A stretch of DNA of 64,000 nt from Vampirovibrio chlorellavorus (GTDB lineage: Bacteria; Cyanobacteriota; Vampirovibrionia; Vampirovibrionales; Vampirovibrionaceae), in contig NZ_QFWH01000001.1 of assembly GCF_003149375.1 (NCBI RefSeq), forward strand, positions 291,593-355,592. Direction: 5' to 3'. Below, one piece after another: positions 11,184 to 23,000 of this stretch (within the stretch, counting starts at the first letter, position 1; every line of letters starts with the position of its first letter). The notes beneath the pieces are model-generated. The model saw nothing but the letters and a program-made list of their open reading frames with translations, was not told the DNA's origin and did not search any database. The translations under genes and the position numbers were made by a program.

Positions 11184-12902
11184 CTACACCGTCTGTAATT
11201 CAGCAGGATAGGATGTGGGAGCGGGCAGGTTGGTGGTTTCAAACCAACGGAAATCCAGATCGGGGAAGGGGTTATCCACTTCCTTGCTGGCGGCCAGTTG
11301 CTCTTCGTTGATTTGATCCTTTTCAATCATCTCGCACAGCTGGTTGAAAAAGGCCACGTGCTTTTCAAAGCGCTCCACGGCGTAGTCTTTGGCCTGGAAT
11401 GTGGTTACCAGGAAGGGCCAGTCGCTGCTTTCCAGCAGTAAAAGCTCTCTTAAGGCCTGATTAAGCACTTCGATTTTGAGTGCGTCCGTTTCATTGGCGT
11501 GCTTCTGAACCAGCTTGCGCAGGCGGACTTCGCACTGGTGAATGGTGGGCCACATCCAGGCGGTGTGCTGGTTGTTCCACACCCAATAGTGACCACCCTG
11601 ACCCCATGTGCTTTCCGGCAATTCAATGGCTTGTTGCGGCGGATAATGCTCCAGGTACTGGCTGGAGGTTTCCACATCCACGCCTTCGCAGGCATGCAGC
11701 ATTTTAATGACGTGCTTCAGCCAGGTGACGCCTTCAAACCACCAGTGACCATACAATTCGGTATCAAAGGACACCATAACCAGCTTGGGCTCGCCGGTTT
11801 TGTGGTACTGCTCTTTCAAAATGTCGTACACCAGCGATACAAAGTGATCGGCGTGCATTTTGGTTTGGTTTTGAGCCAAAACGGGGTCATACAGCATTTT
11901 GTCGCCTAATTCGGCGTCTTTACTGGTTAAGCGCCAGTATTTCATGCCGGAATTAGCATCCTTGCGGTGGAACTCCCGGTACAATCCGTCGCCTGGGTAG
12001 CCGTGGGCCGCCGACCACACCTGAAAGCTGGCCCGGTTGTTGCGGCCAATCACCGCTACGGGATAATCTTTCAGCCAGTAGGCTTCGTGCGTGGTCAACC
12101 CAGTTTGGCCACGGTTGGGCAGCGGAATGTACTGAATATCCCGGTACACGCCAAAATCCCGGCGAATTTCGCTGCTGACGCTGCCTTCAATGGCATGGTA
12201 TTCGGTAAAGAAGTGCTTGATGCCATGCTCGAACAGGAAGGCTTCAATGGCCGGGCGCAAGGTGGGCTTTCCGGTTTCCGGATCGACATGCTCTTGGGCA
12301 GGCCGGTAGGCGCATTCGGGCAGCCAGATGCCTTTAGGCGCTCTGCCGAAGTGGCGTTTGTAGGATTCCACGCCCACCTTGATTTGGGCCTGAATGCTCT
12401 CATCGGTGCCCAGGAGGGGTAAAAAGCCGTGGGTGGCCCCGGAGGTGGTGATTTCAATGCAGTCCGCGTCTTGCAGTTCTTTAAACGCGTTGACCAGATT
12501 TTTCTGGTACTTGACGGTAAAGTCTTCCAGAATTTTGGAATAATACTGTTGGTAGTAGCCTGCCAAAAAGCTGAGATGCTCGGAATGGGGCACCTTGGGA
12601 TCGGGATAGCGCTCCACATCTTCATCAATCACCGCAATGCGGCCTTTGACAAACTTGATGAAGCCTTCTTGCAGATGCTCGTCGGCCAACTGTTCGGTGA
12701 GAATGGGGGTTAAGCCCACGGTAATTCCGGCTTTAATGCCCTCTTCCCGTAGTTCGTTCAGCGCGTTGAGCAGGGGAATATAAGTTTCCAACATGCAGTC
12801 ATAAAGGTTTTCTTCCCCAAAAGGCCACATCCCGGCTTTCCGATAAAACGGCAGGTGGCTGTGTAGCATTAGAACGAAAGAACCGTAATGTTTCATAATC
12901 AT
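11184..12902 (-). CDS. GH57-type 1,4-alpha-glucan branching enzyme
   Basis: N-terminal HSHLPF motif and overall similarity to the GH57 GlgB-type (TK1436-like) enzymes. 572 aa. Confidence 0.7.
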   Translation of the reverse strand: MIMKHYGSFVLMLHSHLPFYRKAGMWPFGEENLYDCMLETYIPLLNALNELREEGIKAGITVGLTPILTEQLADEHLQEGFIKFVKGRIAVIDEDVERYPDPKVPHSEHLSFLAGYYQQYYSKILEDFTVKYQKNLVNAFKELQDADCIEITTSGATHGFLPLLGTDESIQAQIKVGVESYKRHFGRAPKGIWLPECAYRPAQEHVDPETGKPTLRPAIEAFLFEHGIKHFFTEYHAIEGSVSSEIRRDFGVYRDIQYIPLPNRGQTGLTTHEAYWLKDYPVAVIGRNNRASFQVWSAAHGYPGDGLYREFHRKDANSGMKYWRLTSKDAELGDKMLYDPVLAQNQTKMHADHFVSLVYDILKEQYHKTGEPKLVMVSFDTELYGHWWFEGVTWLKHVIKMLHACEGVDVETSSQYLEHYPPQQAIELPESTWGQGGHYWVWNNQHTAWMWPTIHQCEVRLRKLVQKHANETDALKIEVLNQALRELLLLESSDWPFLVTTFQAKDYAVERFEKHVAFFNQLCEMIEKDQINEEQLAASKEVDNPFPDLDFRWFETTNLPAPTSYPAELQTV

Positions 12903-12991
12903 CCATCCACACCAACATTGCCGCCCATCTTACACGATACAGGCATGCTTTGCAAAGTTGAGGTTATGGCTGAGCTGGATGGGGTGGGTTT

Positions 12992-15247
12992 CTAAATGGC
13001 GGGCTGGCTGTAAAGGCGGCTGTAGTTCCAGTAGCTGGTAAATACTTTTTTGATGTAATCCCGGCTTTGATCGTAGGGGATTTTTTCCACGAACATATCC
13101 GGATCGCTGTTAAAGCCGTTACTAGCCTGTACCCAGCGTTTCATGGCGTTGGGGCCGCCATTGTAGGCGCCCACGGCGGGCATGGAGTTTCCGCTAAACA
13201 GCTCGTGCAGGTGTGCTAAATAGCGTGAGCCTAACTGAATGTTGATGGCCGGGGTAAATAAATCAGGGGTTTGAAAGCCCCCTAAGCCTTCCCAGCCAGC
13301 CACTTCTCTGGCCGTGGAGGGCAATAGCTGCATCAGGCCCCGGGCGTTGGAGGTGCTAATGGCAAATTCGTTGAAGTAGCTCTCTTCCCGCATCAGCGAT
13401 TGAATCAGGAAAGGGTCCAGCCGGTTTTTACTGCCCGCTTGTCGGATGAATTCAGCAAAATAGACCGGGTAAAGCAGCTTCAGTTCATCCCGGGTGCCTG
13501 CGGGTTGAATGGCGGTGCGTCCACTATTGATGAAGGAGTCCTTGACCTGCTGATCCAGGCCATCCCGAATGGCCCGAAGCCCCTTGGCCCGGTCGCCGGA
13601 GACCTGGGCTGCCCAGCTCTCGATGCTGGCTGGCACGGTGCCCATGGTTTCGGTGGCCAGCAGTTTCAGGTCTTCGGTGGCCCCAATGCGTTGCAGTTCC
13701 TTGGCGGCGTTGCGAAGGTACCAGCCGGTTTGTCCGGCTCCAAAGGCATCGGGCTTGGGCAGGATGTCCAGACTGTTTAAATCGGTATTGGTGGGGGGGT
13801 AGTCGCTTCGATTGCTCAGGGTGGGCCAGCCCGGATCGGGGCGGTTCTGGGTGAGAACCCGCAGGCGTCCTGAGGCCCGGAAGGCGTAATAGTTGGCCGG
13901 ATATAGCTCGGTCAGGCGTTGATAGGCCCGGGTGGCCTCATTGGGCTGGCTTTTTTCCAGCAACTTGCCCACCCAGAAAAGCACTTTGGGGGCGGCTTTA
14001 CTGTAGGGGTACTGGGCCAGATACTTTTGCCCCTCCTCAATGAACCGGGCCTGTTGCCCGGAGGATAACAAGGGCCACAGCAGTTGCCAGCCGCTTTCCG
14101 GGGCGTAATCCCCCTGCGAGTACTGGCTGACAATTTGCCGGTACAGCGCAGGCGCTTGGGCTTCATCCAGTTGGGCCAGCTTCCACAGGACGTAATCGCC
14201 CCCGACGCTGGGTAATTTGGACTGAATGGTTTTGAGCAAGGCCATTTGCTGGCTGGCACCACTTGTGTGGGCCAGTAGGGCGTCGATGGCCGCCCGGGTT
14301 TCATCGGTGGTCTTGGCGAATGACAGGCCATCAATCAGGGTTTGCATCCCCGCCTGGGTTTGTCCGGCTTGCAACTGGGTTTTTCCAAGTGCCAGCCAGG
14401 TACTTTGCCGCTCTCCCTGCGTGAGGTGGGTTAGCGCTTTTTTAAGTTCCTCGGATCGGTTGGCAGCGGCTATGCCGATCAGCGTATGCTCCTCTGGGGT
14501 GGGCTTGGGCAGTATTTTCTCCAGCAAATCAGCCGCCTCTCCACTGAATTTGCAGTCCGGGCATTTCTTTAGGTAGCTCTTCAGCAGCTCGGCGGCCTCT
14601 GTCCTGGTTGTCTCCGATTTGTTTTTCAACGCGCCCAGATAATACAGGCTGCCAATGGCGTAGTCGGTGTTGGGGTAATCCGTTCGGACGCTCTTAAACG
14701 TCTTTTCGGCTGCGTCCCATTCGCTCCCCCGAAACTGGGATTGCCCAATGCGATAGATGGCCGTCGCCATCAGGGGACTGTGGGCATGGCTTTTCAGCAG
14801 GCTGTTCAGCTTTTTTTGCACGGCCCATTCGTTGCCTTGTCCTGCGTAGGCTTCCGCCTCATGTAGCCATAAAAAGTCCTGAAGTCCTGGATAAACTGGT
14901 TCTATTCGCTTGAATTGAGAGAGCGCCGCTTCATAATTGCTTTCCTGCAGGTTTTTTAGGGCGTCCCGGTACAGAGAGCGGGCGGTTTCCCGATCCACAT
15001 CCACGGTGGCCACAAAAATCTTCTGTTCCCCGCTTAGTGGCAGTAACACCTCGCGCATGGGTTCCGGTAGCCAGTCGGCTTGCCGGGTGAACCAGATATA
15101 GGCCAACAGCACCGTGATAACCCCCAGCCCGGCAAAGGCAAAGGAATACAGGCTCCGCCTGTTGGCTGTGTCTGTTTTCTGGTTTATGGCTGTGGGTGGT
15201 TTTAATTTGCTCATGGATAAGCGAATGCACTGACTTGGGGATAACAT
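12992..15247 (-). CDS. soluble lytic murein transglycosylase (Slt70-like) with an N-terminal membrane anchor
   Basis: C-terminal SLT domain (EESYFNEFAISTSNARGLMQLLPSTA) preceded by a long superhelical/TPR-like region. 751 aa. Confidence 0.75.
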   Translation of the reverse strand: MLSPSQCIRLSMSKLKPPTAINQKTDTANRRSLYSFAFAGLGVITVLLAYIWFTRQADWLPEPMREVLLPLSGEQKIFVATVDVDRETARSLYRDALKNLQESNYEAALSQFKRIEPVYPGLQDFLWLHEAEAYAGQGNEWAVQKKLNSLLKSHAHSPLMATAIYRIGQSQFRGSEWDAAEKTFKSVRTDYPNTDYAIGSLYYLGALKNKSETTRTEAAELLKSYLKKCPDCKFSGEAADLLEKILPKPTPEEHTLIGIAAANRSEELKKALTHLTQGERQSTWLALGKTQLQAGQTQAGMQTLIDGLSFAKTTDETRAAIDALLAHTSGASQQMALLKTIQSKLPSVGGDYVLWKLAQLDEAQAPALYRQIVSQYSQGDYAPESGWQLLWPLLSSGQQARFIEEGQKYLAQYPYSKAAPKVLFWVGKLLEKSQPNEATRAYQRLTELYPANYYAFRASGRLRVLTQNRPDPGWPTLSNRSDYPPTNTDLNSLDILPKPDAFGAGQTGWYLRNAAKELQRIGATEDLKLLATETMGTVPASIESWAAQVSGDRAKGLRAIRDGLDQQVKDSFINSGRTAIQPAGTRDELKLLYPVYFAEFIRQAGSKNRLDPFLIQSLMREESYFNEFAISTSNARGLMQLLPSTAREVAGWEGLGGFQTPDLFTPAINIQLGSRYLAHLHELFSGNSMPAVGAYNGGPNAMKRWVQASNGFNSDPDMFVEKIPYDQSRDYIKKVFTSYWNYSRLYSQPAI

Positions 15248-15400
15248 AAGGGATGAAACTCTAAGCGCTTCTGGTAGTCCATAGATGGGGAACCCTGGGC
15301 CTCATACGTTATAGCGTCCTGAAAGGTCAGCCTTGGGGCTTGTTATATAATATATTATTACGGAAAGCGCTTTTCCTGAAACTTTTGGAGGATTGTCACA

Positions 15401-16036
15401 GTGTTGATTCCATTTTTGAGGTCGCTGTCCTGGCAATCTCTCCGGCCACAGTTTGTTGCTTGCCTGTTTGCGGGTCTGAGCCTGACTGCTTTTTGGCTTG
15501 CTCTTTTCAGTACGCCGGTCTTTGCGGATTCCGTGGAATGGCAAACCCTGAAACAGGGCAAGGTGGTGGTCAAGCAATATACGGCTCCCAACACGGTGCC
15601 TTCGGTGGAGGCGAGAATACTGATTCCCAAACCGCCGGAAAAAGTCTGGACGGTGGTCAGTGATCCTGAAACCCTTCTGGAGTCTGAGCGGAAGGTAAAA
15701 CAGGTTAAAGTGCTGTCTCGATCCGCCAACAAACAGAACGTCTCTTTTAGTGTCATCATGACCAGTTTGTTTCCGGCCTTTAACTACATTTTGCTGCAAG
15801 AGTTATCGCCGCCGTATCTGATTAATTTTCATCGGGTCAGCGGCAGTTTTAAGGACATTCAGGGGGCCTGGCGGCTCATCCCGGCAGACAATGGCACCAA
15901 AACCATTTTGAGCTACACATTGAAACTGGATCCCGGCCCGTTAGTGCCCCGCAGCTTATTGCTGACCGCCGTGAAGTCCGATCTGCCAAATTTTATGAAT
16001 AACGCCAAAACATCCATCAATAAAAATCTTCCTTAA
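15401..16036 (+). CDS. secreted SRPBCC (START/polyketide-cyclase-like) domain protein
   Basis: Signal-like N-terminus and SRPBCC-like core. 211 aa. First gene of the plus-strand block leading into the synthase. Confidence 0.55.
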   Translation: MLIPFLRSLSWQSLRPQFVACLFAGLSLTAFWLALFSTPVFADSVEWQTLKQGKVVVKQYTAPNTVPSVEARILIPKPPEKVWTVVSDPETLLESERKVKQVKVLSRSANKQNVSFSVIMTSLFPAFNYILLQELSPPYLINFHRVSGSFKDIQGAWRLIPADNGTKTILSYTLKLDPGPLVPRSLLLTAVKSDLPNFMNNAKTSINKNLP

Positions 16037-16154
16037 GTGGGCGATGCGGGGCATGCTGCCAAGGTGTTGTTTATGGGGCTCAATCTCGGATGTCTGATGG
16101 ATTTGATGTTTAACAGCTTGTTTGTATCAGGGGCTTTCAGGTAGGCTGATCAGT

Positions 16155-16772
16155 ATGAGATCATCCAATGTTCTAAAATTTCCCGGCGGTAAGTCCAGCG
16201 ATTGGAGCCTTAAGCTGTTTGCCGTGCTTTTCCTGTTTTTTGTGGGGTACATGATCACCCTGGAAATGGGATTTTCCGGTAACGGCTTCATGCTCATCAT
16301 CCTGCTGGGGGTGTTGTATCAGTTTTTTGTGCGGCAGGGGGGGCGGTATCAGTCTTACTTGCAGCAAAATCGCCTGCTGCTCATCATCCTGCTGGTTGTC
16401 TTTTTACTGGCCTTTCAATGGAAGATGTTCCTGGTTTTGCTCATGGCTGGTGCTTATTGGCTGCTGGTGGGGCGTTCCGGACGAGAGGCCCCCTACTTTA
16501 TCCGCTTTCACATTTTAACCGGCCTGATTTTGAACGCTTTTGTGCTGTTGGCCTATTTTCTGATTTTCTCGGGCTTGCAATTGCTATTGTCTGTATTCAG
16601 GTTGTGCGGGTTAACCGTTTTGGTGATTGGTTTAGGCAGTGGGCTGACAATGTTGCCACTGGCCTTTCTGGGTATTTTTGGCCTGGTGGCTCTCTGGTTG
16701 TCCTGGAATGTCTTGCTGGGGCGGACACCCTACATCATCTGGGTGACGGCCAATGTCCGGCACTGGGTGTAA
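16155..16772 (+). CDS. polytopic membrane protein of unknown function
   Basis: At least 5 predicted TM helices. Start placed at MRSSNV (16155) rather than 16122. Immediately upstream of the synthase. Confidence 0.45.
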   Translation: MRSSNVLKFPGGKSSDWSLKLFAVLFLFFVGYMITLEMGFSGNGFMLIILLGVLYQFFVRQGGRYQSYLQQNRLLLIILLVVFLLAFQWKMFLVLLMAGAYWLLVGRSGREAPYFIRFHILTGLILNAFVLLAYFLIFSGLQLLLSVFRLCGLTVLVIGLGSGLTMLPLAFLGIFGLVALWLSWNVLLGRTPYIIWVTANVRHWV

Positions 16773-16936
16773 TTTTTAAGGCAGGCTGCCCACCCTCTTT
16801 TTTTAAAAAAGACCGGCTTTACATCTCCTCCGTTTGGAGGGTGTCTCATTCTGGCGACACAGGGATGATAACTCTAGGCTGGCCGGATTGTACCGAGTTA
16901 GTGAGTGGTGGAAGAAGTTGTAGGAAACCTGTCTTG

Positions 16937-19780
16937 ATGAATGGCGCTTTTAAAAAATTGTTGGCTCTGATTGTCTTGGCGGTAGGCGTTTGTGCCGTAC
17001 TCTTTGTGTTCTGGCAAATTCCTACCCAGGATTCAGCCTCAGCGGCCTTTTCTTCTGGCGCTTCCATTGCCGATTACGCCTCCACCTACTCCGGTGTTCT
17101 GTCTCGCCCGCTGTTCCCGGAAAAATCCCTTTTCCTGCCCTTGATGCTGCAAGTGCTTTGGTCTTGCTTGCTGGTGGTGGGCATTGTGGTCTCCTCTATC
17201 TTTTTCCCGGCGGCACGGCGCTGGATTATGTTGCTGACGGTTCTTACCAGTGTTCGCCATCTGTTGTGGCGGGGCATTGAAACACTGGATTTCAGCTCTC
17301 CGCTTTCCGTTTTTATTTCCGTCCTGATCTACGGGGCGGAGTTGACCGCCTTTTTTGCCATGGTCATCGGTTATTTTCAGGTGTGGGGACAAACCGATCA
17401 TCAGGCCATCAGCATCAGCCGGTTTACCCCGGAGCAATTACCCAGCGTGGATATTATGGTGTGTACCTACGGGGAACCGGTCAGCGTTTTGTATCGTTCT
17501 CTGGTGGGGTGTCAGGCCATTGATTATCCCAAGAAGACAGTTTATTTGTGCGATGACGGCAACCGACCGGAAATGAAAGAGCTGGCCGAGAAGCTGAAAG
17601 TCACCTACATCAGCCGGGCAGAAAATACTCATGCCAAGGCCGGTAATTTAAACAACGCCATGCGCTACAGTGCCGGGGAGCTGGTACTGGTGTTTGACGC
17701 GGATCACGTGCCCTGTAAAAACTTTTTGAATGAGACGGTGGGATTCTTTCTGGATGAGCGGATGGGCTTTGTACAAACGCCCCAGCACTTTTTCACCGAT
17801 GACCCGTTCCAGCGCAATCTACTGGCGGCTAAGGAAATTAACAACGAGCAGGATTTGTTTTTCCACGTCATTCAGCCGGGCAACGATTACTGGGGCGCTG
17901 CCTTTTTCGCCGGAAGCGGGGCCTTGTTCCGTCGGGCCGCCCTGCAAAGCGTGGGCGGGTTCGCTGTAGAAACCATTACCGAAGATGTGCATACCGGTAT
18001 GCGCATTCATGGGCAGGGTTGGAAGTCCCTGTACTACAACCGGGATTTGGCCGCGGGCATGGCCCAGGATAGCTTTGCCGATGTCATTAAGCAGCGGTTG
18101 CGGTGGGCCCGGGGCATGACCCAGATCTACTGTCTGGAGAACCCGCTGTTCGCCCGGGGCCTCAGTCTGGCCCAGCGACTGTGTTACTTTACGGGCATTT
18201 GGTACTTTTTCCACGGGCTGCCCCGTCTCATCTTTATGGTGGCGCCGCTCTTCTTTCTGCTGTTTGGCTACAAAACCGTCAACTCCGGTTTTGTGGAAGT
18301 CCTGATTTACTATGTGCCCAGCTTTTTGGCCACCACCCTGGGGTATACCATCGTTTCCCGGGGGGTGCGGCACAGTTTTTGGTCGGAGGTGTATGAAACC
18401 TGTTTTTGTATTTACCTCAGCCTGACCACCTTCCTCACCTTTCTCTCGCCTACCCGGGCCAAGTTTCGGGTGACACCCAAGGGGGGGCTGACCGAAAAAC
18501 TGAATTTCAACTGGCGTATTGTATTCCCGCAGGTCATGATTGCCGCCCTGACCGTGGTGGGCATTGGTATGGCCATCATTCGGGGCATCCAGACACCGGA
18601 GTATGCCGGGGGGATTTACACCAACCTGGTTTGGGCCCTGTATAATCTGGTGCTGTTGCTGGGCGCTATTTACGTGGCTCAGGAGCGTCCCCAGTTTCGC
18701 ATCACCCCGCGTATTTTTCGCCGCATTCGGTGTGAGCTGAAATTGCTGGATAACTCCATCGCCGTGGGGTATACCACCAACATCAGTGAAAGTGGCGTGG
18801 CGGTGGTCTTTGATGAGCCGGTGCCCCTTTCTGGAACCGTGCTGCTCAAAATTATGGATTGGGATATCAACGAGACCACCATTTTGTCCGTGCAGGTGGT
18901 GCGCAGCATTGTGGATGAAAACAACCGTCATTACGTTGGCTTTCAGGTGGTCAACCGCACCGAGGAGCAGCATCAAAAACTGGTGCGCCACATGTTTGGC
19001 TTCGCCGAGATTTGGGCCGAGGATTACGTGTACACCCACACCTCCAAATCTTTCTGGCAATTAATGATGACCCCATTCCGCCTGAGTTCGGCGGTGGAAG
19101 CCCCCTTGCGCCGGGGAGCGCCCCGTTTTCAGGCCACTCTGTCCTGTGTTTTGAATGTGAACAACCAGTTTGTGGTGGGTTTTTCCAATGAAATCAGTGA
19201 ATCGGGTGTTTCCGTTTATTTAAAGAAAGGCCCGCAACTGCAAGTGGAACAGCCTGTCCGTATCCGCATTCAGTGGCAATCGGGAGATATCAGCGAGCTA
19301 TCCGCCGTGGTCCGCCGGATTGAGGATGTGGGCGGTGGCCAGTTGAAAGCGGGACTGGAATTTTCCCAGTTGACCAACGAGCAACGGGTGGATCTGGCCC
19401 GACAAATTTATCGCCCCAAAGAGCGCTTGATTCGGGTGGCGCCTTCGGTCAGCAAGTTTATGAACTGTACCCTCATTCCGGTGGATGGCTCCGCACCGGT
19501 GGCCGGTATGACCCAAGAGGTCAGCGAGCTGGGCGTGATTGTGCATTTAAAAGCGCGCACCGATTTGCAGATTCGTCAAAAAGTCTGGATTCAGCTCTCC
19601 TGGGATGGTCAGCAGGCCGAAAAATACCCGGGAGAAGTCATTGACGTGTCGGTTTACTATGGCAACCATGTGGCCCTGGTTTACTTTGACGGACTGGATA
19701 TGAAAACGCTGGATCTGTTGAGCGCCCGCCTGCACGAGCCGCCGGAAAGCAAGGCTTTTAAAACCCTGATGGCGGAATAA
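16937..19780 (+). CDS. bcsA: processive GT2 beta-glycan (cellulose-type) synthase, BcsA-like, with three C-terminal PilZ domains
   Basis: GT2 motifs (DDG, DADH, QTPQHF, QRLRWARG = QxxRW) and flanking TM helices. Three RxxxR/(D/N/E)xSxxG PilZ units: RRIR..NISESG, RRGAPR..NEISESG, RPKER..QEVSELG. Start moved to 16937 (MNGAFKK, TM helix) because the 16418 start overlaps the upstream gene. Confidence 0.85.
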   Translation: MNGAFKKLLALIVLAVGVCAVLFVFWQIPTQDSASAAFSSGASIADYASTYSGVLSRPLFPEKSLFLPLMLQVLWSCLLVVGIVVSSIFFPAARRWIMLLTVLTSVRHLLWRGIETLDFSSPLSVFISVLIYGAELTAFFAMVIGYFQVWGQTDHQAISISRFTPEQLPSVDIMVCTYGEPVSVLYRSLVGCQAIDYPKKTVYLCDDGNRPEMKELAEKLKVTYISRAENTHAKAGNLNNAMRYSAGELVLVFDADHVPCKNFLNETVGFFLDERMGFVQTPQHFFTDDPFQRNLLAAKEINNEQDLFFHVIQPGNDYWGAAFFAGSGALFRRAALQSVGGFAVETITEDVHTGMRIHGQGWKSLYYNRDLAAGMAQDSFADVIKQRLRWARGMTQIYCLENPLFARGLSLAQRLCYFTGIWYFFHGLPRLIFMVAPLFFLLFGYKTVNSGFVEVLIYYVPSFLATTLGYTIVSRGVRHSFWSEVYETCFCIYLSLTTFLTFLSPTRAKFRVTPKGGLTEKLNFNWRIVFPQVMIAALTVVGIGMAIIRGIQTPEYAGGIYTNLVWALYNLVLLLGAIYVAQERPQFRITPRIFRRIRCELKLLDNSIAVGYTTNISESGVAVVFDEPVPLSGTVLLKIMDWDINETTILSVQVVRSIVDENNRHYVGFQVVNRTEEQHQKLVRHMFGFAEIWAEDYVYTHTSKSFWQLMMTPFRLSSAVEAPLRRGAPRFQATLSCVLNVNNQFVVGFSNEISESGVSVYLKKGPQLQVEQPVRIRIQWQSGDISELSAVVRRIEDVGGGQLKAGLEFSQLTNEQRVDLARQIYRPKERLIRVAPSVSKFMNCTLIPVDGSAPVAGMTQEVSELGVIVHLKARTDLQIRQKVWIQLSWDGQQAEKYPGEVIDVSVYYGNHVALVYFDGLDMKTLDLLSARLHEPPESKAFKTLMAE

Positions 19781-20000
19781 AGCAGCCTTTCCGTGGATGG
19801 AATGCTAAATAATAATAAAAACAAGTATAATGATGAGATAAGTATAAAAGCGTAAGTCAGTAACGTAAGTCAGATCAGTAGTTTCGAGTGTCATTACTTT
19901 TTGTGTTCAGTGACCTGACCGCTTAGATGTGAGTACACCGGGTAAAGCGCATAGCGAACTGGGGACAGCCTCCCCTGGAATAACGGGACAGACGAGTAAG

Positions 20001-23000
20001 ATGAAAAAAGAATTGGTTGGAATAACCTTGGCTCTGAGTATTGGTCTTGGCGTTAGCGCTCAGGCCATCACACCGGCGACCATTACCGGTACCGGGGCGA
20101 TGCAGTGGCGTTATCCTCAGGCTGATTCAAATCCGTTGCCGGAGGACGCCTCGCAAGAAGCCATTGAGTTTCAGGGCCTGGCTCTGGAAGATTCACACCG
20201 GTATCAGCGGCTGTATGAGAGCCCTCAGGAGGGTCAGTTGCTGGCCTTGGCCAAAACGCCCAATCGGCCAGCCACCAAAGCATCGGGCGGCGGTAGTTCC
20301 GTTTTAAAGCAGGGGATTTCCAACTACAACCGGGGTTTTGTGGCCAAGGCCATTCCGTTGTTTGAGCAAGCCACCCGCCAAAATCCACAAAGCGAAGAAG
20401 CCTTTTTATGGCTGGCCCGTGCTTACCAAAAGCAGGGTACACCCGCCGATTTCACCAAGGCCAAAGCCGCCTATCAGCAAGTGCTACAGTTGAATCCCAA
20501 GCAGGTGGAAGCCTTGTCCAATCTGGGTGAAATGTGGAGTTGGGACCCGGCCATGCGGGCCGAGGCGGTAACCTTGCTGCAACGGGCCTCGCAATTGAAC
20601 CCCCGAGAGGCCGGTATTTCTAAAAAACTGGCGCAGGCTTTGTTCTGGCAGGGCAACGCCATGGATGCCCTGCGTTATGCGGCGCCCATTGCCACGATTT
20701 ATCGTGATGACAAAAAATTTATGGCCGATTACGCGCAAATGCTGTCTTTGACCGGCCATGCCGAAGAAGCCCTGAAAATTTATAGCACGCTGCTACAGAG
20801 TGAAGGCGGGCGGCAAAACGCGAGCCTGAGCATTCAGCAGGCCCGGGCCTTGCTGGGCAGTGGTCAAAAACAAAAGGCCCAAGCTCTGTATGAGGCCATT
20901 ACCCGGGATATTGCCAAAACCCCTTTGGCCAACGACGCGGACACCATTCAGTCTTTATCGTCCCTGGCCTTTGATTTGGGCCTGTATGCCGAATCCTTTC
21001 AGTGGGATCAAACCTTACCGGCTGCCGTTCAGCGGACCAAGGACACCCAGTTGCGTCAGGCCCGGGCCTTAACCCGCCTGTTTCGGGTGCCGGAGGCCAT
21101 TGATCGGTTTCATCGCCTGTATGAAGCGGGACTCCTGAATGCCGGTGAAAAACTGGAGTACGCCGAGTACCTCCGCACGCTGAACTTGTCCCCCGACGCC
21201 ATGCCTGCCCCTGAGCTGGTGGAAAAACTGTACACCGAAGCCGCTGCCGAATCGCCAGACGACCCGGAAGTCGCTTTACGCATTGGCAGGCTATACGCGG
21301 AGCAAAATCGCTTTGATGAGGCGTTGAAGCGCTATCAGCAGGCATTAAGCCATCCGGCCTTGCAAAACAGCGCCAGCGTGCAAAAGGAATTTCTGGATTT
21401 CATCAAGACGGACAAATCCCAGCCCGCTGTGGTGGAAGACTTGTTTAAAAACCTGATAGCCCAGAACCCGGATGACGTGGCGACCAAGAGCGCCTATGCC
21501 GAGTTCTTGTCCTGGCAACCGGATCGTCGGGCGGAAGCCTTGCGCTTGTACGTGGAATTGGGCAAAACCGATATTGCTAACACGGAAGCGTGGGAAAGCC
21601 GGATTGAGGAAGTGCTGAAGTGGCACAAACCCACCACGGCCATGATCCCTGTGTATCAGGAAATTGTGAACCTGTACCCGCAGAACAAGGCCATCTGGAT
21701 GGCGGTGGCCCGGGCTTACCGCAATGACAAGAACTATTACACCGAATCGGTAGAAACCTACAGCAAGCTGGTCAAGCGTTACCCGGACGATGGCACCATC
21801 AAGCGGGAGTGGCTGGGTTTGCTGCTCTCCAGTGAGCGGCATCGGGCCGAGAACCTGCGTTTACTGAAAAAAATGACCGAAGAAGACACGACCGATTTGG
21901 ACATTCTGGCGGCTTACGGCAAGTTGCTCTCCTATGAGCATAAGCTGGGTGAGGCCATGGACGCCTTTGAATCGGTTCTCAGCCGGAATCCGGAGCATCG
22001 GGAAGCTCTGGTGGGCAAGGGATATGTCATCTTGTGGAGCGGTCGCAAGTTGGAAGCCAAAAAATTCTTTCAGGATTTGCGCCAGCAGTATCCTGATGAC
22101 GTGGATGTGGCCATTGGTCTGGCCCAGACTGAAAAAATGATGGGCCGCTACGATCAGGCCATGAAAATCATTCAGCAAATCAAGCCCCTGATGGATCAAA
22201 ATCAGGCCGGTTCGGATGCGGTAAAAGCGCCGGAATCCGGTTTTATGCCGCTTCTGGACGCGGGGGCGTCTTACGTGCTGGTAGGCAATACGTCTATCGA
22301 GCGTGATTCCTTTCAACGCAATTTGAAGCCGGACTTCCTGATTGAGCCGGTAGGGGTTGTGGATCAGTGCGCTTCCGTGGAGGGCAGTTTGCCGCATGGG
22401 AATGCGGGCCTGCCCAAACCGCCGTCTCGACCGGTTGGCTTGCCCATTGGCCAGCAAGAAGCGTCGCGGGTATTGATCGCCGATGCCAGCGCCGATGAGG
22501 TGCAATCCTTGCGCTCGGAAATTGACGCCTTTAGCGATGCGGTGGAAACCCTCAAATTGCTTCAGCAAAGTGCCCGTCGGCAGTTGAACACGCTCAACCA
22601 GAATATTCGGAGTACGCAGGACGCCGTTCCCGATCAGATGAGTCTACAGGCCCCCGATGAGTCGGGTATGAGTGGCACGTATGTGGCGGATTTTTCCGGT
22701 GTGGGCAATCGGTCCGATAATTCGGAAGGCACGGCCAGTCAGACTGCGGGCAACGCGGTTGGCCGCAGTGGCATGACCAGAGCTTATGGTGCCTACACGG
22801 CGCTGGATTATGACACTAACCCCCTCTTATCGGGATTGGGTCGCTTCAGGAATGATGATCTGGATGACCTGGAGCGCGGGTTGGCCAACGATTTGCGGCC
22901 CATGATCCGCTCCGGGTTTTTATACTCCCGTCAGGGTGGGAACGCTACCACCAACCGGCTTTCCAGTTGGGGATTTCCCAGCCAGTTAAGCCTGTCCCTG

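Noticed and set aside
16418-16936. Upstream extension of the synthase ORF giving a 1120-aa product
   Set aside because: It overlaps the preceding membrane-protein gene by more than 350 nt and the extension has no protein-like composition. The ATG at 16937 gives the expected N-terminal TM helix.
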